The position numbers were made by a program, and so were the translations under genes. A stretch of DNA of 63,580 nucleotides, counting the filler, from Bipalium vagum (taxonomy: Eukaryota): assembly GCA_037834085.1 (NCBI GenBank). It is 3 parts of 3 records of this genome, joined end to end, with 100 filler letters (N's around TTAATTAATTAA, not from the genome) between each part and the next. Parts side by side here need not be neighbours in the genome. Positions count along the whole stretch, not along the records: positions 1 to 26,661 come from JBBMKC010135109.1; positions 26,762 to 47,801 come from JBBMKC010242720.1; 1 more part is not named here. One strand, 5' to 3'. Shown one piece after another: positions 24,001 through 36,075 of the stretch. The notes beneath the pieces were generated by a model that worked only from the letters and a program-made list of their open reading frames with translations, ran no database searches and had not been told where the DNA came from. Position 1 is the first letter of the stretch. Each line of letters opens with the position of its first letter.

Positions 24001-26274
24001 ACATTCATTCTCAAGGGGATTTTTGACCGAAATTACTCCTCGAGAAAAGATCATCTGATTTTTTATGTATATTCAAGTCAAAGTTAAAATGATCTTCAAC
24101 AGACAAATATTTCTCAATTATCGATTAGTCTGTGTTACGAACTCAAATGTAGAGAAAATTTAGAATTTTTCTTGTTTGGAAAACCTTTTTTGCATCAAAT
24201 TGTTACAACTGACGAAAAAATTTTTTTTGAAAATCCTTAATACAAAAAAACATTCAGTAAGCATGTCTTGCTTCACTAAAAATCATCAAAGAGGAGCATT
24301 TGTGAAACTTTAAAATGAATCTAGAGTGAAAATAATTGTGTTAAAAGTTTTTGAACCAAGACAAATAGTATGTCAAATCAGATAATGAGTGAAAACGATT
24401 AGAGTAGTGAACATTGGTACTTAACACCTCTTTGCTTCCTGATACATTCATTAGACCTTTCTCCTTCTGACTACCATCAGTTTCGATAGTAAGGTTACTT
24501 GTAATCTTTAGAAGAAATTGAAAAGTGAGTCAAGGACTAAGCAGCTACCAAAAACTCAATGTTTGAATTATATATACTTTACAGATTATATTTTTATAAA
24601 GACAGAATTGTGAAAATGGCTTACTCTCAACGCACAAACTTAATAACATCGTTCGTTTGTGATTAAACAATTTTTCCGCCAGATGGATGCCAAGGGCATT
24701 TTGAAATGATTACAAAATCCAAATAAAAGAGCAATCCATACTTTTTCTCAATCAATATGCTAACGATCAGTCATGTTGTGAACACGAAATGGGGTTTTTA
24801 AAATGTAACTAAACTGAATAAAAAAGGCTATGAAACATCTTAATTATAAAAAAACTTTTCCATTGTTCTCATCACACTTCTGCCATCGACACAATAAATC
24901 ATAAACTCAGTTTTCTGAGAAATCTGGAACTGAGACTTGGATTCATTCAGCTAGGTTTTTACTCCTGGAAATCAAGTTCCATGGAAGCAATGGTTATTCG
25001 AAAAACAAGTTCAGAATTCTCAAGGTTGAAAGAAAAATCTTGAAGAGGAAAAGAACAGTTATTTGACCCACTTCATGTGAACCCTTTAAAAACAAGAAAA
25101 TGTCACGGTTTAATTTTGTTCCCATCCAGATCATAAGATTCAAACATATTAGGTAGGGCTTAAATCTGAATTTCACTTGGATATTCTGTGATATCGATCA
25201 TAAAGTCTTGAATAAGTTCTCAGATGCCTTGTTTGAAGAATTGGAGGATAAAATATTATATATATAATAACAATCTCACGTAGATCATCACCATGTGAGA
25301 CATACAATATCAAAGAGTACAAAATCACGTCTCAATAGAGTTAATTTCATTATTCCTTAGAATAATTTTAACCTAAGCCGTTCCGGAAAGTCAATGATAG
25401 CTTTTACTTTAGAGGTAGGACTTATTTTTGAAGAAACACGATATGTAGAGAGGAAAGATTTCATCTTTTGTCTTTAATTTTTCAAGGAAAGTCTGATAGT
25501 AATGTTTAGGCGTATAGGTTGGCTTATCATAATTTTACCCAGATAAATATTATAAAATATTCAAATTTTTTTCTGTTACTTAAACTTTAAGGGTTAGAGA
25601 CTCACGGGAGAAGAAAAAATTCTTTGGATAAATTAAAGGTCTATTTAAAAAATCTCTGTCTTTAGTAATTTTTAGAAATGAGCCAACATGTTATAAATCA
25701 TTTTCATTGGGCATTACGAGGGTTTATGAAATGAAAATGCCTATTGATTGATAACAGGTTTATCCTTTAGAACAGGTAATGATAAACATTCGTATGATGG
25801 TCTCGAAAAAGGTTGTATTGTAATATTTAAAATTTATACAAAAATAGAAAGATAATCGAGACAAGAGGTGTTAGTTGGAATAAATCTATAATTTTTTGAT
25901 TTTTATGGTGTTTATTAAACATGGCCCCAAATGTAATAGTTTTAAAAATATAACCTACGGGGTTTTATATGATGCCAAACTATAAAATATTATATACTTG
26001 GCAATTTAATGTTCCATTATAATTATCTTTAAATGCACTCTTTATAGAGTTATATTACTGTTTATATATATATAAAATAAATTACGTTTAATAATTCATC
26101 ATGAAATAAAAATCAGTACGCGATCAATTATTTACGTTAATTTTTATAATGATTTCAGAATCAAGATACCCTTCAAATGGTCAAGACATTGAAGTATCGA
26201 AAGCATTCTCCGTGGAATCATTGATATACAATGCGAAGCAGTCTGATGTGAGGATGAAAGAATCCGACCTATAA
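11143..26274 (+). CDS. CtBP: THAP-domain C-terminal binding protein (CtBP), 8 coding exons, about 587 aa
   Basis: Exons 11143-11301, 11699-12125, 12555-12854, 15389-15595, 15642-15866, 20985-21113, 21164-21364 and 26159-26274. All introns are GT-AG, phases are compatible, total 1764 nt. The last exon is inferred; the unspliced alternative stops at 21435. Confidence 0.85.
11699..12125 (+). CDS. CtBP: CtBP exon 2: THAP C-terminal part plus Asn/Ser-rich linker
   Basis: TTCAG acceptor; LRVCSGHF..GEKKEGDVP completes the C2CH finger; donor G|GTAAG at 12126. Confidence 0.88.
12263..12320. repeat. (AAT)n microsatellite
   Basis: Long perfect AAT run in CtBP intron 2. Others lie near 18020-18072, 47756-47801, 47902-47970 and 63511-63570. 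Confidence 0.95.
12555..12854 (+). CDS. CtBP: CtBP exon 3: substrate-binding domain
   Basis: PTVLILD and DLLKFKSLKHLVKIG align to CtBP PLVALLD and DLEKFKALRIIVRIG. Confidence 0.8.
15389..15866 (+). CDS. CtBP: CtBP exons 4-5 (46-nt intron 15596-15641): NAD(H)-binding Rossmann fold
   Basis: SVDEIADTIICLILNLYR; GQVLGLVGIG|QIGIAVAIRARVFGFNIKFYD (GxGxxG plus Asp); LLSESDCVS. Confidence 0.9.
16055..16641 (+). mobile_element. Internally deleted mariner in CtBP intron 5
   Basis: TA|TTAAGGTGGCCAATAGATTTCCG ... CGGAAACTTAAAGGCCATCCTAA|TA TIRs; remnant EILSHP...DFQLFR motif. Confidence 0.75.
18690..18960 (-). mobile_element. Probable hAT transposase remnant
   Basis: Fragments FTMKANIW, ITRHFIDDG and CLAN resemble hAT TTDIW, TAHFID and CFAH motifs. 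Confidence 0.4.
19350..20260 (+). mobile_element. mariner transposase pseudogene in CtBP intron 5
   Basis: RFKNGRDDLND, YAKLVSHAL, IITGDETS, LLHDNAPPH, YSLDLSS*DYFLF with multiple disablements. Confidence 0.9.
20985..21364 (+). CDS. CtBP: CtBP exons 6-7 (50-nt intron 21114-21163): catalytic region and C-terminal helix
   Basis: SYFINMSS...IGGAVIN; IMPIQNEYS...EMREQALYEARR...SLRSCVNK aligns to CtBP EMREEAAREIRR...SLKNCVNK. Confidence 0.85.
22592..23762 (+). mobile_element. Degenerate hAT (Charlie/Buster-like) element in the last CtBP intron
   Basis: CLVCG..FSNSAMIPNKLKR, SYEIAELIA and AEEIILP motifs. Ends resemble CAGTGGTTCTCAAC-type TIRs. Confidence 0.65.
23990..24560 (+). mobile_element. 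Highly decayed mariner
   Basis: VCYEL, FLHQIVTTDEK, DLSPSDYH motifs. Confidence 0.65.
26159..26274 (+). CDS. Putative terminal CtBP exon with an eh1-like motif
   Basis: TTTCAG acceptor, phase 1 matching donor A|GTAATC at 21365. Reads (K)SRYPSNGQDIEVSKAFSVESLIYNAKQSDVRMKESDL*. Confidence 0.55.
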
Positions 26275-26661
26275 GCGGCAAAAATATAAATTATAAACAA
26301 TTATGATTAACACCTTTATTATTTTGTGTTGCTAGATTGTTTGCTACCAATTTTGTTATTAATATCTTCAATAATAAATTTTTATATAAATTAATTCTTT
26401 ATTGTCGAAGTTTTAATGAAAATAATTATACAACAGAATTTTATATTCTTATATAAAGGTTGCGTGAAAAGTTCTGAAAGCGAAAAAGAAAAAACGTATA
26501 TTTTTATTTAAATTCATATTATTATATAACAGAGTCTCCTAGCAATTCAACACATTTAGTCCAGTTGTTCTCCAACAATTCTGTCATGTTTGAAGTGAGA
26601 TTCCGGAAGGTCTGCAAAATACTGGTCTACGGATGCCATAGCTTCTTCATTTGATTTAAAA

Positions 26662-26761
26662 NNNNNNNNNNNNNNNNNNNNNNNNNNNNNNNNNNNNNNN
26701 NNNNNTTAATTAATTAANNNNNNNNNNNNNNNNNNNNNNNNNNNNNNNNNNNNNNNNNNNN
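26662..26761. other. Assembly linker/gap (44 N + TTAATTAATTAA + 44 N)
   Basis: Exactly 100 nt; the 12-mer gives stops in all six frames. Flanked by mariner fragments (about 26456-26661 and 26762-26870). Confidence 0.97.
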
Positions 26762-28063
26762 ATTGTAGATTGCGCGACGTGTGGTCTGGCATTATCATGG
26801 AGAAGCAGTGTACCCTTTCTATTGACCAAGGCTGGGTTTCATAAACCGCCATTAATTTCTTTACAACCTAATAATAATATTCTTTTTATCTAAATGTCAA
26901 GTTCAAACAAAAAAATAAATAATATTTTGAGAAATATTTATAATTGTAAGCTCCAAAATTTATTCTACAATAATATTATAATTTGTAATATTTCTCTATT
27001 AATTTGATCTTTATAATTAATTTTTTATGTCATAGAAAGTGATATTAGATTATAGGTATTTAATTTGGAATGTAAAAGTTAACTTTTTTCTAAACAAAAG
27101 AAATTACTGTTTATTACAAAATAAAATTTATTTAAATTAACTTATTCTTATGAAATTATTGAAAAAAAATGAAAATTGTGTTGACAAAGTTTTAGAATTA
27201 TTCAATTTATGGAAGTTAATTAGTTCATTAAAACGTATATAATATCCAGATCATACAGAAAAATTATATATTTCTAATATTAGTAATTACAAACTAAATT
27301 TTTATTTTAATTTGCTCTACATTTAAGAAGAATACTGGACTTGATTCATAAATTACAAATGATCCATAAGTCTATATGTGAAACTAAGTAAATAGGTCGG
27401 ATTATTTATGGAGAAAACGGCATTATGGCTTTATGTTAAACTCTACGGTCAATCACTGCTTTAATGATATATATTTACTAAAATAATTAATTTTCTCACT
27501 TAAAATTCATACTATAAATTTTACGACAGGTATTAGCAGTAAAAATATAATTAATTTTATAAACAAAACACAATGAACAACCTTATAAAATTTCCTATTT
27601 AAATTTAGTTTTCTTATGTATTGATTAGTTCGTTATCGTTGGTGTTTTGCATAAATAATCATTTCTTAACTATTTATAGGCTGTAAGACATTTTCAATTT
27701 TTATAAAGTATAAATTTTATATAAAGAATATGTAATTAATATATAAATACATAAAAAATAAATATTTGTAATTTTTTAACGTGAGATTTTCCATTTTAAG
27801 ATTTTCTATTTAAATTTAATTTTCTTGTATATTGATTAGTTTTTAACTTTACTTTGTGACTGACTACATAGTAGCGAGGTTGCACAGTAACGAAATTTGA
27901 CTTTTTAAATTTTTCTAATGTTGGATTATCTTCTTGTCACAAATTATATTTTAATATATAATATTTCATTTCGATTTAACTATTTAAAATGATTAGCGGT
28001 TTTTTGTATTATTTTTAAATTCTACTTCAACTTCCAACAGGATTTTATTGGTATAAATTTCAG

Positions 28064-30581
28064 ATTTTATTTAAGCAAGCATAATGGACGAGTTATCAAC
28101 TTACAACCAAATTTAGGGAATGTCGAACTCTCGGCTTATTTCTTTCCTTCTTGTACTGGACAACCCTTACTTGTGGCCGGAGGCGTATCCAGTAATTCCA
28201 TGAATGGAAGTCCTCAAAACGATAACTTTCCTATTGTAGCTCCATCGCGTGACAGCAGTGGAAGTTTCGGAAGTCAGGTCAGCCACACCGCCGTTTCTGC
28301 TCCTCCTAGTGCTACCTCAACGGCTGTTGGAGTTTTGAATCCTCTTCTCAATAATGATCATACAGCGCTTAGTGGTGGTTGTAGTGCTAATATAAAGAAA
28401 TATATCCTTCAGGTATGACATAATAGATTGTATGAAGTCAAGTGTCTTATATTAATATACGAATATTAATAATGAAATTTTGAATTGAAAAATCATTTTG
28501 AAAAAAAGTGAAAATTATTTTTATAGTTTATCTTCATTTAAAAAATTGAAAAAACATTATTTTATTTAACTCTATTTTTTATTCACATTCTCATTGAATT
28601 GTTAGTTCCAGTATTTATTCCTTGAAATTAAAATATTGAGCAATGAATAATATTTGAGATAGAAAAACTATTTACAAAACAGTGAATTTTTGTATAATTT
28701 TATTAACCTGGTCTTCTTAACCCGGCCTTCTTGTCTGTTATCTGTTTTTTATAATCAATTACAATTATGGCTATGAAAAGCTAAAGGTTGAGGTGGAATA
28801 AATGAGCCTTACAAATTTTTTCAAAATTTTAAACTTACTTTGCCCACCTCATTTAATTGAAAAAATACTGTGCTGAGAGTGAGAGTCTAATTTTTTATTA
28901 TATTTTATTGGGTTTTTTATTTAATTTAAGAATCAAACATCACATAAAATACGAAGGAAATTTGCATTGAACTAATAAATATAGTATATTTAATTATTAT
29001 TCCTATTCTTTCTTCAAAGTCTCGATGTAAGTTAGAGACTTAAGCTCAAATTATACCTTAAGTTATCTTTAACAAATAATTTTATTGTTATTTAAAATTG
29101 ATATTTTTTCAAGGTTTCCACTTATCAAATGGTTATTTTAATGAAATTCAATAAGAAGACAAAGTACAGTTTCGAAGAACTATTAAAAGAAACCAATATT
29201 CCGGAGAGAGATTTAACTCGTTCTTTATTGTCTCTGGCACTCAGCAAGTGGTCCCAACGAATTCTTATCAAAGAACCAAAGACAAAATCGACAGAATTAT
29301 TGATGACAGATATATTCAGTATCAATGAAACATTTACTTCAAAGCATTATAAAATAAAAGTGATTTTCTTTTTAGCTATTCACCTCAAAATTATGATATC
29401 TTTATTTACAAATAAAAATCATTAATTTTTGAGAATAAATAAATATATTTTTAAAAATATTTTAATGATATTGGGATCAATAATTAAGTAAATAGATGAT
29501 TACATATTATCTAACTTTAGCTGAGTATAAATGTGATTTTGAATTATTTATTATTATTAGCGAGGAAAATATTTTTTAATTAAATTTTTTTTTAAATTTA
29601 TATATTTCTTCCTGTTATAATTTCTACTTAAACAAGTTTTGGATTTAAATTGGAAATGTAGAAATGATATTTCAGCGATTTCAGTTGAAAATGATATATG
29701 TATAATTTTATTATAAATTATAAATACATTGTCGATAGTAGCCTATAAGAAAGGTTCTTCAAACTGAATACAAATTTCTCAGTAAAAATATTATACTAAT
29801 TCTAAAGATAGGTTTATGATTAAGCACGCGAACGACTTTTTCCATTTCAGTACAACATTTTAAAGGTTTATAACCGTCTTAATCAGCACAGCTCATTAAT
29901 TAATAATGGACATTTACAGAGATTATGTAAGATATCTAGCTTTACTTTAGTTTTTCTCAACGAAATGCTTTCATTATCTTCAATTTTGAAAGAAAAATTT
30001 TAGTGTTTAATTCAAGGGATCTATTGCCGTTACTTATTCCAGTTCATTTCTTATTCTGTTTCTACAGGTATTGTTCTAAACAGAGAGGTGGTCTTAAAAA
30101 AGAATTTTCAGAAAATCTTCATTAATGATTAATTTTTTCTTTTAACTTTATAAAAGGGAATAAAAAGTCAGTTTAATTTAATGGTTTTTTAAGTTCATTG
30201 TTTTACATATCAAACATTAGCTTGTTAATCAATTGAGTAGAACTTTAAGGGAAAAGTTGTTTTGATGTTACTAAATTTGATATATTTCTCACTATTTAGG
30301 TTCAAAATATCACAATAAAAGAAAGTGAACCTGAAAGAAAAGAAACAAAGACCAGAGTTGATGAAAATCGGAAGTATGTGATAGAAGCCACTATCGTGCG
30401 AGTGATGAAAGCAAGGAAGACTTTGACTCACAATCTGTTGATTGCTGAAGTTACAGAACAACTGAAGTCTAGATTCATACCGACACCACAGATGATTAAG
30501 CAAAGAATCGAATCTCTGTTAGAGCGAGATTATCTGGCCCGATCTGAAGACGATAAGAAGACATATAGATATCTCGCCTGA
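28064..30581 (+). CDS. CUL3: Cullin-3, last three coding exons (28064-28412, 29114-29359, 30300-30581); 5' part missing
   Basis: FYLSKHNGR..LQP; KYILQ|VSTYQM; ETNIPERDL; ESEPERKET..VDENRK; neddylation motif IVRVMKARK; IKQRIESLLERDYLAR...YRYLA*. Splice phases are consistent. Confidence 0.93.
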
Positions 30582-31389
30582 GATAGCATGAATTGATGGA
30601 CGAATATCAGTTTTTGCAAAAGTTTCTAAATGTCCTTTAAGTTAAAATAGTCAGTATTAAACTTAAGCCTGTACAAATCTTTATTTTAATTATTTTCCTG
30701 TTTCAATATGTTTGTATAAAAATTTACCATTTCCTTTCTCGATGTCCTATTGACACTACTTATTTTTACGATGACATTTTGTTATCTATTATTTTTGTTA
30801 TTTAATAATAAGTATTTTTATGAAATGTGCAAAAATGTATTGTAAGATTTATTTCATATCTATGCATAATCAATGTATCATCTTAATTTTGGCTTATTTA
30901 TTGTTTGTTGTTTGTTTTTATATTTTTTCTTTCTCAATCACTGTTTGTTTTATTAAGTGGACATCGTTGAATAATTACAAAATCTAAAATCTCTCATAAT
31001 TGCATAATGATTCTTTCTGCAGATTTACTGAAATCTTCTATAATAAAATGTGAATATTAAATTGGTTAAAACCAATCAATTGAAAGCTAAAATAATAATA
31101 ATTGAGTAGGAGAAAAAGGAAAGTACTACAGGGAAGAATATTTTTGAATAATAAAGTAATTTTTGGGCAATTTCGAGTTCTCATTGAAATTAATAATTAC
31201 TTAAAATTATAATTGATTTGAATAAATTTCAATAATATAATTATGTATTTTTAAAAATCAATAATAAATTAAAATTTTGACTATAGATGATAATAGTATT
31301 TACTAAGCTGTTGATATTTTAAAAGATGTCTTTGTTAGTAATACATTTGTTTAAATAAATAATTTTTTGAACTGGAATCCGTTAAATCA

Positions 31390-32108
31390 ATGAATAAGAG
31401 GGATGGTCGAACTGGCGACCACCGAGAATGTTATTTTCGTTACGAGAAGACAAGAAAGATGTCTCTGGAAACGTTACTAAAACCGGAACAGTTATTAAAT
31501 TTAATAGACCGAGATCGGCAGAAGCGAAGACCTGGATAAAAGAAATCGAAAAGTGGCTTAATATGAATGATCTTTGTTTGATATCAAAGATCTCTAAATA
31601 CCAGGACTCAAAACCAATCAAACTAGCACGATGGGATCATTATAGCAAACGTAATGGGAGGATCTCATCGTGCTGCCTGAAATTTTAGACTAAGTAGAGA
31701 TGAAGCAGCTCTATTGGAGAGACTCTTCAGCTTTTCGTTGAAAAAATAGAATTCTAGGAGGCTCTATAATAGATTTTAAGATTTACGATCACCAGAAGAT
31801 GAACAGCTTCGATTAGATCAGTTTTTTGTTCGAAAAAATTTAAGGATGCATTGTCCATTAAAGAATGTTTACTTAATTTGTGGAAAGCTTGGAAATCGTT
31901 TTCTGTTTTGTCCACTTTTAGAAGGGATTCGGAAATACAACTTAAATCAGTCCTAAGTATTCATGAAGAGATTGACAGAATATATCAAGATGAAAGTATA
32001 CAAGACGATACGGACGATGATATATTTGATATATATTTGTTTAATAGAAAAAATCTGGAATACATTTTTCACTTGTTAAATTGGTCAGATATGCGAAGAG
32101 CTGATTAA
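31390..32108 (+). pseudogene. Decayed intronless coding-like segment of unknown origin
   Basis: Two ORFs (31428-31688, 31851-32108) joined by a stop- and frameshift-broken stretch. GC is higher than the flanks; no splice model found. Confidence 0.35.
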
Positions 32109-32514
32109 CATTCTAACCTGTACAAATGGCTATTCAATTTTTAAATTTAATTAAATCTTTAAATAAAACTTTTTTTCAATTTTTTTATTTATTTAAATAC
32201 AAATAAAATTTAGCATATTACAGGGTGTAGTATATATTCGAATAAATTAAATTCTGTTTTTTAGTTTTAGAAATGTCTGAGCAAGGATTAACATGGAATT
32301 ATGTTGAAATGACTTTGGATAGGCAGAAAGAAGTTCTTTGTGAAATAAATCGTAGAATAATCCCACAAAGAAAGTAATAAATAAAACATTAAAAATATCA
32401 GTACCACTTCATGCATAAATTGATTGAGACAGAAGAAAATTACAAAAACACTTCTGAATTCTCAAGCTTTATCAATGTTTTAGATGCAATTCGTTAGCTT
32501 GATTACTGAAACTG

Positions 32515-33510
32515 AAACAAGTTACTTTCTCACACAAGTCAATACTCCTTACAATTCAATGTTTTGTTTGTTTTACTATTGTAACCGCAAAAATTTAAAC
32601 TTAGTTTGAATCAAAAGTTCACGCAATAAAACCTTATTCGCACCTCAATTGATTCAAAACAATCACAATAAAAATTTATTAAAAGTTTCGATCGTTATAC
32701 AAATTACGACAAAATCCCAATCGATACGCTAAAGAATTAAACACCTGAAAAACTCACTATAACAAAATCGATCCAATGTCTGCACAAATCAATACAAGAA
32801 AATCGTCAAATTAAATAATATATAATTAAAAGAAAAATTCAACACAAATACAATATTAGTTAAATGAAATTTATATGAGGATTAAAACAAAATATTAAAG
32901 AAGTATCACAAGAAAACATAAAAATCGAAAATATTATCCCCCGGAGGCACAATGGGTCTCCTGGTCGTCCTCTAGGTCCTTCTCAGGTCACCTAGGGATT
33001 TCCAAGCTCGCTGGGCCCCATTGTGAAATCCTGTGGCATATTTGATAAACTAAAAATCATTACGGAAAACTGAATTTCTTCGAAAATCTTCGCGAAAATA
33101 TCGAATAAAGTCTTCTACTTCACAAGAATATAAAATAACGCTAATTTTTATTTTTATGTTTTTTTTGGCATTTTCTGGGTCGGTTTTCTGGTAATAGCTG
33201 TCTTTTTATATAGTCTTAGAGATTGGTCTACGATCACTAATCCCTATGGTTAGTGAAGGCTATTTCCCCGAGATAAAGTTAGTCGAGAATTAAAATTTAT
33301 AGTCCCCACGACGAGACATCTTTCACGAAATAATAATTAATGAAGCAATATATCATTACTCGACTACGAGATTTTGATATATTGTTTTTTCTAATATTTT
33401 AAAATTTTCAGTTTTTTAAAATTAAAAGTAAAATTATTACTATTATTATTAATCTGATTTTTTCACCTTTTATGCCTTTGGCAAACCCAACACATAGGTG
33501 GCCAATGTAT
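32515..33510 (-). repeat. Dispersed solo-LTR-like repeat, copy 2
   Basis: Inverted homolog of 517-1235. Has TATATAAAAAG (minus, about 33200-33212) upstream of a GC-rich block. 33200-33270 also matches 37840-37900. Confidence 0.65.
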
Positions 33511-33952
33511 ATATGTTCGAATGTTTTTAATATTAACCAATCTGGTTATTATTTAACTCCAATATCTAATTCACTGGAGTTGAGTTCTATGTACAAAAAT
33601 GATATTAAGTAATAAAATATATTAAGTAAACAAAAACAACTTAACGGACAACTACGGTTAATTAATAAATGTCTCAAGTTTTTACAACGGAAAATACAAA
33701 GCCCTCGTAAATGTCTTCAGTCACTCTCTAGCAAATAACAAGCCCTATAAGAATAAAGAAAATAACAAAAATAAAATGAATCAGAATAAATCAAATCAAT
33801 AAATTACAATAAACACATCACTACAAGACAAAAGAAAACCGTATTTCTTGATAGTAAAATAACTTAGATCCTTAAGAATACCTTAATGATTAACAGGTAT
33901 AAACCATAAGATGTATAAACCATAACAAATGTGCTTAAACGAAAATTCAATA

Positions 33953-34350
33953 CAGTAACTACTCGTTAAATGTCATGCACGTTATTTGTCAGTCTCGTTA
34001 AATGTAGTAATGCGTTAAATGTCATCGACTCCGAAATATTCGATATTTGTCATATAAATTCTATTTTTTTGTTACGAATAATTTTGGTAGATTTAAATTT
34101 GTACACGAACTTTAATAATTTAATTTGTTTTCTAGAAATGAAATCTAAATTGACTCTAGAACAGAAAGTTAAAATATTAGGTCAACTGGAAAAAAATGAA
34201 AATATCAAGGATGTTGCGAAGGATAACAATGTAACAGAACAAACAATTTACCGTATTAAGAAAATGAAATATAATATTGAGCCATTTGTTGCAAAGGATT
34301 TGAGAAAGATTGCAAAAATGAAAAGGATGCGACAGTCAACTGTGCCAAAC
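33953..34350 (+). mobile_element. pogo/Tigger-like transposon 5' fragment (CENP-B/psq-type HTH)
   Basis: TA|CAGTAACTACTCGTTAAATGTCA with repeated CGTTAAATGT subterminal motifs; MKSKLTLEQKVKILGQLE...VAKDNNVTEQTIYRIKK. Confidence 0.8.
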
Positions 34351-34798
34351 AAGTTTTGTTCTGCTGAAAATGGCTTAGCCCTAAACACGCTATTCTAAAA
34401 CTACTATCAATCTTGTTCACGATCCAGAATCCAATAGCCAGTTTTGGACTCGCTAGCTCTACAAGCATCATACATCGATAAGATTTTCGGTGTCATGCCT
34501 CTACAAGATTCTTTCAGTCGTCTTTGAAATAATAACATGAATTTCAATTTTTAAAAATTCTAATCTAATTTAAAGTTTAATAATTAAACTCAAATTTTAA
34601 AAAAATTTAAAAAAATTTCCTTTCAGATATTTTAAAATGAATTATTAAATTTATTTATTTAAATTTATAACTTGTAAATTAAAATTTTTTTTCATTATTA
34701 CTTAATCTACCGAATATTTAAAAATAAAATAATTCTGATTTATTTTAAAACTTAATTTTTGTTTTAATATAATCTTAAATCATCGTAATTTAAAAAAT

Positions 34799-35108
34799 AT
34801 GAGCAATTTGAAAATTAAAGTATTTAAATTAATTAAAGTTTATAAAATACCTAAATATGCAGATTAATAGATGGAGCACTGTATCATCATGGCACTGGAA
34901 TACAAAAGATGATGTTTGCACAGTTTGTTCTTTTAATTTTGAAACCGCATGCGAAGAATGTAAAATGCCGGGCGATGATTGTCCAGTAGTCTGGGGTGTC
35001 TGTGGTCATTGCTTTCATATGCATTGTATTGAGAAATGGATTAGTAAAACCAATCATCCCACCTGTCCGCTATGCAGGAAAACTTGGGATTTTAAAAAGG
35101 AAAATTAG
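34799..35108 (+). CDS. ANAPC11: Anaphase-promoting complex subunit 11 (RING-H2); probable exons 34799-34819 and 34863-35108
   Basis: W..V..W.W..DD.C..C...F..AC..CKMPGDDCPVVWG.C.HCFHMHCI.KW...CPLCR..W.FK. A 43-nt GT-AG intron restores the N-terminus MSNLKIK|INRW. Confidence 0.95.
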
Positions 35109-35614
35109 GGTTTTTTCTACTTTAAAACTGATTTGTTTTAATATTTATAAAGTAGAAATGAATTAAGGCTTCTGATATTAATTATTGTTTTTCAAGTCAA
35201 GAATTCATTTTTATAATTATTTATTGTATATATTCCCTCAAACTTGAAATAATCAAGATATATGGCTAATTAAGTTCTGAAGATTAGTACAGAAATTCGT
35301 TTTCCATTTTTTTCAAATTAATAATCTTGTTATATAGAAATAAATATTTTAGATGACTCAAAGTATGGTTTATTCCATGTTTATTTTAGTTATTAAAATA
35401 AATGATAATTCTGTTTTTGATAGTTTTTATATTTAAACTTCTTATTTTGGTAATAAATGATTTTAAATAATAATGATTGTAGATAATAATAGTTATTACT
35501 TGATACTAATCATTTTTGAATTCTCTTTCGACTTCAAGATTTGTAGATATTTGCATTTTTATAAGTATCGAAATCTATGTGAGGGTATTTCACTTGAGTA
35601 TATATATATATATA

Positions 35615-36075
35615 CTGGTGGCCATGAAAAAGTAATACACTTTTTCATGAATTTTTTAAAAACTTTCAATCGGTATAACTGCCATTTTTCATTCTGCTAA
35701 CTCAAATTTGGCCATCATGGGAATCTAGCTAAAAACTGGATTCGTCAGTCCATAAGATATTCTGCTACTGTTCAGCCTAATACTGATGATCAAGAGTCCA
35801 CTGAAGTCTTGAAACTCTGTGATAGTGTCCAAGGGAAATTCTGATGGAAGGACAACCCGATTTCTATCCGGCATCAAGTACGATTAGTCTTGTGGTACGT
35901 AAGGAACAGATTAATTTATTCACCTTTATTCATTCATTTCCAACTTTGGTCACCGGCTTGAATCTAAATAATCTAAATCAAATACCATAAAGTAATATCT
36001 ATATGAATCCTCAAAAATATTTTTTTGAAATTCTTCAAATTTCATAATAAAAGTGTACTACTTTTTGGCTACCAG
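35615..36075. mobile_element. Non-autonomous Tc1/mariner-type element (MITE-sized)
   Basis: TA|CTGGTGGCCATGAAAAAGTAATACACTTTT ... AAAAGTGTACTACTTTTTGGCTACCAG|TA imperfect TIRs. Confidence 0.75.

Noticed and set aside
26706-26717. Palindromic TTAATTAATTAA between N runs (also 47846-47857) as a biological motif
   Set aside because: Identical placement in two 100-nt gaps; it is an all-frame-stop assembly spacer.
28064-35108. CUL3 next to a RING-H2 gene as a functional cullin-RING cluster
   Set aside because: The RING protein is APC11 (PGDDCP motif), which partners APC2 rather than CUL3; adjacency is probably coincidental.
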